Notes: a model not told the origin generated them from the letters alone. Shown: positions 1 through 8,601, counted from the first letter of the stretch. The stretch is DNA of 64,000 nt from Synechococcus sp. (GCA_047285535.1 JBJBDC010000001.1:2272136-2336135), one strand, 5' to 3'. Numbers and translations: made by a program.

Positions 1-336
1 GAAGTCACGGAAGAAAAACTCGATTGTTTGCGCGATGCCGATCTGATCGTCCGCGAGGAGGTGAGTGCTGCTGGGCTTTATCACGACATTTGGCAGGCGT
101 TTGCTGTTCTTCTCCCCGTGCGCTCGGTGGGTGTCATGGGTGACAAGCGCACCTACGCCTGGCCAATCGTGCTGCGCTGCGTTTCCAGTGAAGACGGTAT
201 GACCGCGGATTGGTCCAGGCTTCCCTATGACCTGATGGAAACCATTTCCAATCGGATCGTGAATGAGGTGAAAGGAGTCAATCGCGTGGTGATGGACATC
301 ACCAGTAAGCCTCCTGGAACAATTGAGTGGGAATAG
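1..336 (+). CDS. guaA: GMP synthase (glutamine-hydrolysing), 3' part; gene starts before the window
   Basis: Frame is open from base 1 ([14 protein letters not shown]). Contains [22 protein letters not shown] and the C-terminal [13 protein letters not shown] signature. Confidence 0.98.
   Translation, partial: EVTEEKLDCLRDADLIVREEVSAAGLYHDIWQAFAVLLPVRSVGVMGDKRTYAWPIVLRCVSSEDGMTADWSRLPYDLMETISNRIVNEVKGVNRVVMDITSKPPGTIEWE
322..336 (+). repeat. Left attachment-site core (ATTGAGTGGGAATAG, last codons of guaA)
   Basis: 13 of 15 nt identical to 6402-6416; GAGTGGGAATA is exact. Confidence 0.8.
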
Positions 337-438
337 TTCAGGGGGTCAAATCCCATCTGATACTAAAAAATTAGGTTCCACCTTGCACCTTGTCACCTTC
401 TCTATCGAGAAGTCGTTGACCAGAGGTTTTCTCTACAC

Positions 439-864
439 GTGGGAATCAAGAACAATCGAGGCAACAATCAACGGACCTATGCCCTCTTTGAGGAACTCAG
501 GCACTTGAGGGTGTTTCCTCAAGCAGAGGTCCCTTACATCTACAGGCGTCTTGATCGTCAGCAGGATTTGCTCGTGGAAGAGCGGGCGTATCAAGTTCGT
601 GTTCCTGTGCCAATGGAGAAAGGCGTCAGGAAATCCCTGAGGACTTCAGACAGGACCACTGCCATTGAGCGAGCAGAGGACTTAGTGCTTGAACTCAAGA
701 GTGCCCTGAGAGCGGGAGGTAATGCCTCCAGGGTTACTGCTGAGGATTTAGTCAGTCGCTTCCTCAAGACCAAGCGTGCTCGTGCTCTTTTTCAATCAAT
801 TTCAATCAATCGCCCACAAAGACCGAAGGACTCATCTGCGTCCACTCTCGATTTAGTCCTTTGA
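439..864 (+). pseudogene. Truncated N-terminal (arm/core-binding) part of a phage-type tyrosine integrase
   Basis: YQVRVPVPMEKGVRKSLRTSDRTTAIERAE resembles integrase N-terminal domains. It lies directly after the att core, has no catalytic domain, and turns to junk sequence after about 790. Confidence 0.65.
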
Positions 865-910
865 CAAGAAGTCTACGTAATTTTGTGACTGAATTGGTCT
901 TTCATGCACC

Positions 911-1077
911 TCTTCTCACTCTTTTCGTAGGACATAACAGACTGAGTTGTATCGTGAAGGGTGTTCATTAAGAGAAATTCAGCACATTTCTGGTAGCAAA
1001 TCCCCTCAGTCTTCCAGGAGTATCTGGAAATTGAAAAAGAAGAGATTGTTGAAAAGTTCCATCAAAAATGGCGCTAG
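911..1077 (+). pseudogene. Broken C-terminal catalytic fragment of a tyrosine recombinase
   Basis: Manual translation gives SSHSFRRT*QTELYREGCSLREIQHISGSKS, then after a frameshift FQEYLEIEKEEIVEKFHQKWR*. This has the HxxR motif and the catalytic Tyr codon (1021-1023), with an internal TAA at 935-937. Confidence 0.8.
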
Positions 1078-1256
1078 AACTAGCTTAATCTTTAATTGCT
1101 GACACTAAGGGAAGTCTGTTGAGGGCTTAAATTGTCTGAGCAGATGTGGCGATGGGTTTTATATCATTCAAATCTCACAGGCAATTGCTTTGTTTAAAGG
1201 GAATAAGCTTGGGTTTAATATAAAACGAAATCGTGTCTTGTTGATGTGATAGCAAA

Positions 1257-2357
1257 TCAGTTGCTTATTGCGCCAGATGCTTGTATGTATGAACCAATCT
1301 TTTTGCTGCCACTAGGATTTGTGTGGATGAAGTCGTATACGTCTTCTGGGCCAAGAATATTTTTAAGATACATGGGTAAGACAACTACTTTCTCTGTTGA
1401 GGGAAGTGTTTTTAGCGCTTCATCTTGAGTGGCATATATAGTAGCGAGTTTGTTGCATATGGTACCAGTAGAATCTCTGTTGGGATGAATATCTGTCCCG
1501 TAATATTTGGATTTGAATATGCATCCAGGCGCTTGCTGCTGAACAAGTATAATTTTTGCCCTCGGAAAATTATTCCTTGTCTGCGTAATTAATTCAAAGA
1601 AAATTTGCTTGTAATTGGAATAATTAATTGAGAAATCTCCTGAGAATTTCTTTCCGTCGTTAGGGCTTAAAAAGTTGGAACTTGTCCTTCCATGCATTGC
1701 AAGTGATACTTTCTTTCTCTCTTCATTCGTTTTGAACATTCTTGAAGTTGATTTATATATATTTAAGAGTCGTGGGTAGAAAAAGGAATATGTAGACAGG
1801 AATCCTTTGATGAAACTTGAAATATTCTGAGGTTTGTCATAAGCATTTAAGTCGTCCTCTAGAAGTCTTGGATCGTTGACCCCGAGATAAAAAATAATCA
1901 TGCTGACCATTTCCTGGTTCAGAGATGTTGAGTGCCAAGAATTAATTGAGGCAAGGTGTCCATATGTCGACTGACCATCCACTCCTCCGTTGATGAAATC
2001 ATAAGAGGGAAATTCTTTGTCCAAATAATCTTGCCAAGTCTCACCATCAGTGATGTAGCGCTGGTCAGTAGTAGAACCTCCTATCGTTAAAATTATTTTT
2101 TTTCTTGAATTCTTATCTTTGCCCCTGTATCCATCTTTGTCACGAGTATATGAAATTTTAACTGGATTACTGGATCCATATAGGTTGCGGGCATCGTAAT
2201 GAATGGTTTTATCTTTGATTAAACCTGGAATGGTTGCCGGTGGGTTTCTACGAGTCACTAGGTTTTTCCAGTCGCCAATAAACAATTCAATTAGTGCCAA
2301 TAATAACGCAAAGAAAAGAATGTTCAGCGAAAGGACTTTAGTGTGTGCTGATTTCAT
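1257..2357 (-). CDS. Membrane-anchored SGNH/GDSL-family protein (SxtL-like position)
   Basis: N-terminal hydrophobic helix. SGNH blocks GGSTT, NGGVDG, LGVND and DFIH. Confidence 0.85.
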   Translation of the reverse strand: MKSAHTKVLSLNILFFALLLALIELFIGDWKNLVTRRNPPATIPGLIKDKTIHYDARNLYGSSNPVKISYTRDKDGYRGKDKNSRKKIILTIGGSTTDQRYITDGETWQDYLDKEFPSYDFINGGVDGQSTYGHLASINSWHSTSLNQEMVSMIIFYLGVNDPRLLEDDLNAYDKPQNISSFIKGFLSTYSFFYPRLLNIYKSTSRMFKTNEERKKVSLAMHGRTSSNFLSPNDGKKFSGDFSINYSNYKQIFFELITQTRNNFPRAKIILVQQQAPGCIFKSKYYGTDIHPNRDSTGTICNKLATIYATQDEALKTLPSTEKVVVLPMYLKNILGPEDVYDFIHTNPSGSKKIGSYIQASGAISN

Positions 2358-2361
2358 TTGC

Positions 2362-2523
2362 TTAAAAAATCGAATAAATGAATGGCGCTACAACTGATCC
2401 CTGGGTAAACACTATGAGCGCTCCCATAAGGAGAATTGTGATGATCAAGGGTGCCAACCAGTACTTTTTGCGAACTTTCAGAAAGTCCCAGATCTCTTTG
2501 ATGAGATCAAGAAATGCTTCCAT
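2362..2523 (-). CDS. 53-aa membrane micropeptide, DUF5989/SxtK-like; not in the ORF track
   Basis: MEAFLDLIKEIWDFLKVRKKYWLAPLIITILLMGALIVFTQGSVVAPFIYSIF. ATG at 2523, stop at 2362-2364, 3-4 bp from both neighbouring genes. Confidence 0.9.
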   Translation of the reverse strand: MEAFLDLIKEIWDFLKVRKKYWLAPLIITILLMGALIVFTQGSVVAPFIYSIF

Positions 2524-2526
2524 GGT

Positions 2527-2919
2527 TCAAAAGGTGCGGGTGAGGTCAGTGCGATGGTCTTGGCAGTTTTCTCTGTAAGTTTTCTCACCTTTTCGCCGTC
2601 TTCTTAATGGGTCATATCCAGTAAGGCGCATGACATAAGCGATGGGTTGAAGAACAACAATGAACACAAGACCCAGGATGACGTGACTGTTAACCCATCC
2701 AAGAGCGTGTCCTAGTGACATCCAAACCTTATAAGGGTAGTGAAGTAGGCGGGGTTCTGTAAGGCCAAGGATCAATCCTGGAATCCCTACCCATACAGTC
2801 CATGCTCTGAATTCATGTCCGAAGAGTGAAGGGAGTAACCAACCGATAAGGATGGGGAATCCAAATCCGATAAGCAGTCCGAACTCGCGAAGTTGTTTTC
2901 GGGAAATTGTTTCTTTCAT
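2527..2919 (-). CDS. SxtJ-family membrane protein
   Basis: KQLREFGLLIG, WMSLGHALGWVNSHVILG and GYDPL motifs, several hydrophobic segments, and position directly after a carbamoyltransferase. ATG at 2919; alternative TTG at 2925. Confidence 0.85.
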   Translation of the reverse strand: MKETISRKQLREFGLLIGFGFPILIGWLLPSLFGHEFRAWTVWVGIPGLILGLTEPRLLHYPYKVWMSLGHALGWVNSHVILGLVFIVVLQPIAYVMRLTGYDPLRRRRKGEKTYRENCQDHRTDLTRTF

Positions 2920-2921
2920 GA

Positions 2922-4775
2922 TCAATCGAGTTCAAACTCCTCCATCCAGGTCTCATCTTTTTCAACTTTTGGTTGTTCGCTTTTGAAAAGGATCTGGTTT
3001 TGGAGAACCAGGACATCCATTTCTGTCCTCATGAAGCATCTATAAGCATCTCGAGGTGTACAGACAATAGGTTCACCTCTCACATTGAAGGAAGTATTGA
3101 CGATGGTAGGACAACCAGTCTTTCGCTTGAAGGCACTGATTAAATTGTAATAACGGGGATTCGTTGTCTTGCTAACTGTTTGAACCCTTGCTGAATAGTC
3201 CACATGAGTGATTGCAGGCAGTGAAGATCGCGGGATATTCAGTTTTTCGATACCAAAGAGTTTGTCTTCTTCCTCTGTCATTTGCTTGCAGAGTTCTTTT
3301 TTGACTGGAGCAACCAGAAGCATGTAGGGACTCTTGGCATTCATTTCAAACTGATTGCTGACATCTTCTTCCAGAACCGATGGAGCAAAGGGACGGAAAC
3401 TCTCTCGGTACTTGATTTTGAGGTTCATCACGCTCTGCATCTTCTGATTACGCGGGTCCCCAATGATGGAGCGACCACCTAGTGCTCTTGGTCCAAACTC
3501 CATAGGACCGTTGAACCAACCAATCACATGACCTTTCTCAAGTTCTTCTGCTAGACGCTCAAATAACTCTGGATCAATATGAGTGTGGAATGGCGCATTA
3601 ATCTGTTTAAGATAGTTACTGATGTCATCGTTGCTGAACTCAGGACCCAAGTAGGTTCCTTTCATTGAGTCGTTCATGTTGACGACTCTTTCCTGTTCTT
3701 GATGTTGATGCCATCCCACCAAGGCGGCACCCAGTGCTGAACCCGCATCACCGCTGGCAGGTTGAATCCAGATGTCGTCAAAGATTTTCTCTTGAAGCAA
3801 TTTCCCATTTGCAACGCAATTCAGAGCGACGCCACCAGCAAGACAGAGATTCTTGATTCCTGTCTCTTTCCTAAGTGATCTTGCCAGTTTGAGGATGATC
3901 TCTTCTGTGACGACCTGGATCGATGCCGCCAGGTCCATGTGGAACTGGGTGAGTTCTGTTTCTCCCTTGCGTGGTGGTCTACCAAAAAGTTTGTGGAACT
4001 TCCGTCCTGTCATGCGGAATCCACGATGGTATTTGAAGTAACTAATGTCGAGGTGGAAGGTCCCGTCCTCTTTGATATCAATCAGGTTGTCCTTGATCTG
4101 ATCGACATAGTTGGGTTCTCCGTAGGGAGCAAGACCCATGAGTTTATATTCACCAGAATTCACCTTGAACCCGCAGTAGTAGGTGAATGCTGAGTAAAGA
4201 AGACCCAGGGAGTGAGGAAAACTGATTTCCCAAAGGGGTTCGATGTTCTTACCCTTACCAATCCAGGCAGAGGTGGTTGCCCACTCACCAACGCCATCCA
4301 TACAGAGGACGACTGATTCTTCCAATGGACTTGGATAAAAGGCAGCAGCAGCGTGTGAAAGATGATGTTCTGAAAAAAGCAGGTTTGGAATATGGGTTGA
4401 ATTAGTGCCGAATGATTCTTGAACTTCTTTGAGGTTCTTCTTGAGTTCATTCTTTAAAAAGAGTTTTTCCTTTAACCAGACTTGCATCGCCGCTACAAAG
4501 GATCTGCTTCCTCTTGGTGCTGCACCCAGATAAGTCTCTAGAAGACGTTCAAAGGTCAATAGAGGTTTTTCGTAGTAAACGACCTCCTTGAGGTCTGAAA
4601 GATTGATGTCCTGTGATTTCAGGCAATATGAAACGGCATTCTTTGGAAATCGTGAATCGTGCTTTTTTCTGGAGAATCGTTCTTCTTGTGCTGCTGCAAT
4701 GATTTCGCCGTTTTTTAAAAGTGCGGCAGCGCTGTCGTGGTAATAACAAGATAGTCCAAGAATATATTCATCCAT
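2922..4775 (-). CDS. O-carbamoyltransferase (NodU/CmcH/TobZ/SxtI family)
   Basis: YHDSAAAL, EERFSRKKH, EHHLSHA, DGVGE, GEYKLMGLAPYG, GGVALNC, EFGPRALG, RESFRPFAP and NTSFNVRGEP motifs. Confidence 0.96.
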   Translation of the reverse strand: MDEYILGLSCYYHDSAAALLKNGEIIAAAQEERFSRKKHDSRFPKNAVSYCLKSQDINLSDLKEVVYYEKPLLTFERLLETYLGAAPRGSRSFVAAMQVWLKEKLFLKNELKKNLKEVQESFGTNSTHIPNLLFSEHHLSHAAAAFYPSPLEESVVLCMDGVGEWATTSAWIGKGKNIEPLWEISFPHSLGLLYSAFTYYCGFKVNSGEYKLMGLAPYGEPNYVDQIKDNLIDIKEDGTFHLDISYFKYHRGFRMTGRKFHKLFGRPPRKGETELTQFHMDLAASIQVVTEEIILKLARSLRKETGIKNLCLAGGVALNCVANGKLLQEKIFDDIWIQPASGDAGSALGAALVGWHQHQEQERVVNMNDSMKGTYLGPEFSNDDISNYLKQINAPFHTHIDPELFERLAEELEKGHVIGWFNGPMEFGPRALGGRSIIGDPRNQKMQSVMNLKIKYRESFRPFAPSVLEEDVSNQFEMNAKSPYMLLVAPVKKELCKQMTEEEDKLFGIEKLNIPRSSLPAITHVDYSARVQTVSKTTNPRYYNLISAFKRKTGCPTIVNTSFNVRGEPIVCTPRDAYRCFMRTEMDVLVLQNQILFKSEQPKVEKDETWMEEFELD

Positions 4776-5398
4776 TTAAAAAGGTATGAGTGAATATGCT
4801 TGAGGTGCTTGAGATTATACCTTGAAAACTGCTCCCAAACTCTTTGAGACCGCCTCAACAACCATTGTGATTCCTAGATTGGTCAAGGTTTATTCGTTGC
4901 ACGCATAGTCTCAAGTCTTGCTAGGAGTTCTTCAAATCATGGTCGAAATCCTCTTCTTGAGTTCATTGTTCTTGAATAATTTTCAATTTTACTCGTTGGA
5001 TGCGTTGCTCTAGTCGATGACATCTTTGCTATCAGGGCCTGGATACCAACCCTTGTTTTTCTTCTTCAGACCGAAGATGAGCATTCCCAGAGAGATGCCA
5101 TGACCACAACGCTTCAGGAACATCTCTCCTTCTTCTGCCAACTCCTCTTGAGTCAACGCGTTGGAGACAGCAGTGATTATGTCTAACTCCGACTAAGTAC
5201 GCTACAGACTTTTAGTTCAGCGTTGGACCTCTCGTTTAGTCAATTATGAGGGACATGACTTCTAGAAAGGGTATTAAAATTGCCGCAGTAGAACTGGTTG
5301 AGAGATTTGTGAGTGATTCTGGTTCCCTTTGAGTCGTGGACGTATGGATCTCGCATCCAGTCGCTCCTTTGAGTTGTCCTCGTCAAGACGCGAGTGCA

Positions 5399-6165
5399 TC
5401 AATCAGTCGCTCTCTTTACATCGTAGTGGAAGTAGTGCTCTTTCACATACTGGATGCTTGTATCGTAGTTGTTGCCAACTGTCGCGATCGGAACACCGCT
5501 CTCTTCAGATCCCAAGAGTTTTGACCATCCGTGAGACCAAAGATGGATGAAATTGGTACCACGTTCTCTTTTCATCCCAGAAGTGTTTAGTACGTTGCAG
5601 ATTCCACCCAATGACATTTCTTGGGATCTGAGGGGAATGAGAAGGTGGGAGATCTTCTGGTAGTTCTGACGATTTTTCTCCTTCTTCGCTTTTACTAGAC
5701 GATCAAGGTTCCATTGAGGGGTTCCTAACTTGACCCCTCTGTACTTTAGAGACAGGAGACCTGACTTTGATCTCTGACTAATGGAGTCTTTCTCCTGCTC
5801 AGACAGATAGGAATAGATATGGAGTTGAAATTTGGTTGAGTGTGGTAGTGAGGAGACCACCAGTTCCTAATCCTTGTCCTCCATTAGTTTTGAGACAAAA
5901 CTGACTTTTCTGGATATACGGTCGAGTTTGGAAACGATCAGGATTCCCTTTATTTGCTTGACCAGTTCAATCGACTTCAGGAGTTAAGGACGTGAGTCGT
6001 CAGAACCCGAATGAACTTCTGCGAATCTCCCAACCACCTCATAGGGAGTCTCCTGGTGGTAGGTCTCTAGGTAGTGGTTGATATCCTTCTCTTGTCCCTC
6101 TCACCCCAAACCTGGTCTACCCTGTCCCGAGTCGAGACGCGGAGGTGCTTCGAATGTTTCTTCAT
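5399..6165 (-). pseudogene. Small serine recombinase (resolvase/invertase family) pseudogene
   Basis: From ATG 6165 (AGGAGAGG upstream): LRVST, a frameshift, EVHSGSDDSRP*LLKSIE, LIVSKLDRISRKV, KD*ELVV, EQEKDSISQRSKSGL, RGVKLG. Stops at 5984-5986 and 5867-5869. The 3' end is approximate. Confidence 0.88.
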
Positions 6166-6401
6166 TGGTTCTCCTCTCCTGAAATGAAACGACCGTATTA
6201 AATAGGACAAAGATACGTTTTCTCTGCGTAGAGAACCTGTAGAGGTCGTTCAGGCTCTTCAATTGTCACAGTTTTACGAGATCTCTATGCTCCGACTCGT
6301 TTTTTGCCGTCTGTCCCCACTGCAACTGGAATTCCTCAGTTTCACTTGATCTGACCTTCTTCCGGTCTCCTTTTCCTCGCTAGACCCAGGAGATCCAATC
6401 C

Positions 6402-6416
6402 ATCGAGTGGGAATAA
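6402..6416 (+). repeat. Right attachment-site core (ATCGAGTGGGAATAA, displaced copy of the guaA IEWE-stop end)
   Basis: Encodes I-E-W-E-stop like the guaA end; differs only at two synonymous positions. Confidence 0.8.
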
Positions 6417-6891
6417 CAGCTGAGGCTATGAGCTGAAAAGGCGTGCTTTTGTTTGCCAGCTTTGATTAGTTTTTGTGCCTTCAGTGCACCTTTGCTTGCT
6501 AATCTGTCTGTTTAAGTGGTGGATTGAACGGGGCATGAGTATTGATCAGTTACGGCTTCTTCTTCACCTAATCAAACTCCTTGATCAGCAGCCTTGAAAA
6601 AGTGAATGGAAATGAGTGCGTTTTGATGCTTCTGGTTAAGTGTTAGGAAAGAAGGTGGTGTTTGGGATAAGGCGTTAGCGATGTAATGCAAGAACTTCTG
6701 CTGTCAGATAAGTTACTTGATCATTTGGTTGTGATCTGTGTGCATAAACTGGTTCAATCTATGACCACCAAGGTATAAAATATGTAGATTTGATGATCAG
6801 TTTCTTTCCGCCGAGTCAAGCAATCCCAAGCTCCATGGCTAAGAGATAAGCCCATAAGGTTTGGAAGGTTAAAGATTAAAATCTACTTTTT

Positions 6892-7707
6892 CTATGCCCC
6901 AAGTCCTATCAATTCTACAAGTCTCAAATTGCATCCACTTTTGCAAAATACATAATTTTCGCCGCATATATAGGAGCTGCCCCAGATATCCATCGCGGAC
7001 AAATGCGTCATAATCCTTTGGAATGAGCCTGCTCGGTCGTTGTCAGGCATTTCCATGATAAACACATTTACATAGTTCAACCATTGAGTATCTCCTTGGG
7101 TAAATATAAATTCTTCTGCCCCTTCTATGTCAATTTTGAAAACGTCAATCTGCATGCCAAGCAATCCAAATTTCTTCATCAAATCAACAACGGTGTAGGC
7201 TGATACAAATACATTATTGCTTTGCTTGAAAGAATCGCTGTTCTTTGATTTGTCAACATAAAACGATTCAAAGTTTGATCCTGATAAAAGTTTAATTGAT
7301 CCAGTTTCGTGCCAAAGCGCTCCATGAACCAAGTCAACAGAGTCGTCTCCTGAAAAGTTTTCACTTAAAAGCTTGTAGTTTCTCGCAGAGGCTTCCACTG
7401 CAACAATGCGAGCTTTTGGGTTGAAGTGACGAAATCTCAAGGTCTCGTCGCCGATATTTGCTCCTATGTCAAAGATTAATTTGACATCACCTATTATTTT
7501 ATACCCAGGCTTATACATATGGCTTATGACACCTTTGTCGGATCGAGGATAAAAATAAAAAAATCTTCCATGCACAAATATGTGTTTTTTGGTGTCAGTC
7601 TTGGATAGTAAATATGAGAAGATTTTTATAGTATTAGTAATTCCTGTTTGGTTGACGCACTCAAGAAAGCGGTCGCAAAGCCGTATCGCTCTGTTGATGC
7701 GATTCAT
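6892..7707 (-). CDS. FkbM-family SAM-dependent methyltransferase
   Basis: FDIGANIGD, VAVEAS and KIDIEGAE motifs; strongly AT-rich. Confidence 0.88.
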   Translation of the reverse strand: MNRINRAIRLCDRFLECVNQTGITNTIKIFSYLLSKTDTKKHIFVHGRFFYFYPRSDKGVISHMYKPGYKIIGDVKLIFDIGANIGDETLRFRHFNPKARIVAVEASARNYKLLSENFSGDDSVDLVHGALWHETGSIKLLSGSNFESFYVDKSKNSDSFKQSNNVFVSAYTVVDLMKKFGLLGMQIDVFKIDIEGAEEFIFTQGDTQWLNYVNVFIMEMPDNDRAGSFQRIMTHLSAMDIWGSSYICGENYVFCKSGCNLRLVELIGLGA

Positions 7708-8601
7708 TGGAGATAAATTTTATAATTAATTATTGCATGTGCTTAATTCAAAATCAAGTGTAAAAGCTGATCTTGGCAATTGATCTTCATGCCTTTAAGC
7801 CTTGTCTTGGCTTTAATTGGCAATCCCTGGTCGTATTTCTAGGTATTTTGTTTCAATTCCTTGTCAGAGTTGTTGTCGTTTTTGTGTAAAGGTGCCGAAT
7901 AGTGGAACTCCCCTTCGGAGTGTCTTTAGAGAAGGTCTATTTTTCTGCGGTGGAGAGTGGGACCTCTTATTCAGGAATCTTTATCATTCACGTCAAGTCC
8001 CCCGGTTCTTCTGTTGATGCTAGAGAACAGTGGGTCTTCCGCTGAACCATTAGCAAGGCGCCTCATGCTTTTGCTGAGTATGAGGTTTTCCATGAGTTTT
8101 GATCACTGTGCCACATTCATTTAAGGCACGATTGGGTGTTGGTTGGGCCGTTTGATTCTGTTTTCCAGTAGTTCAAGAATTGGTTGAAGCATGCAGGAAG
8201 AATCTTGCTTTGCAGGAGCTGCTTGATTCATGAGAAAGGCATGGAGCAATCGTCCAGTGTCCTCTTCTCCTTTGATGGTCAATGAGCAGTCTTTTGCCAT
8301 GAATCTTCTGGTTCAGTCGTTAGCAACCTTGGGGAGGCTCCAGTGGAGTCGGCAGACCCTGGGGGCGTAGACAACGACCTCTCTCAGTTATGGGTGTCGT
8401 TATTGGTCTTGATCAGTGACTTCGCTTGGCAACACGTGGTTTCACGTGAAAACTTATCTCAAGTTAAATCTTGAGAAGTGTCTCTATGACTGGGTTTCTG
8501 TTCAAACTCCGTCTGGGATCTAATCCAGTAGGAATGAGGTTGATTGAGGGGCTGGTGGATGAGCCTCAACGTCGATATCCTTAGCGCCCGGCTGCAAACC
8601 C

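Larger units (their letters stand above)
325..6415. mobile_element. Decayed integrative element / genomic island in the guaA 3' end
   Basis: Bounded by an 11-bp direct repeat GAGTGGGAATA. Has tyrosine-recombinase remnants at the left end, a serine-recombinase pseudogene at the right end, and AT-rich cargo between them. Confidence 0.85.

Noticed and set aside
1257..4775. Saxitoxin biosynthesis cluster (sxtI/J/K/L-like order)
   Set aside because: None of the core genes (sxtA, sxtG, sxtB, sxtD, sxtS, sxtU, sxtH/T) is in the window, so there is no evidence of toxin production.
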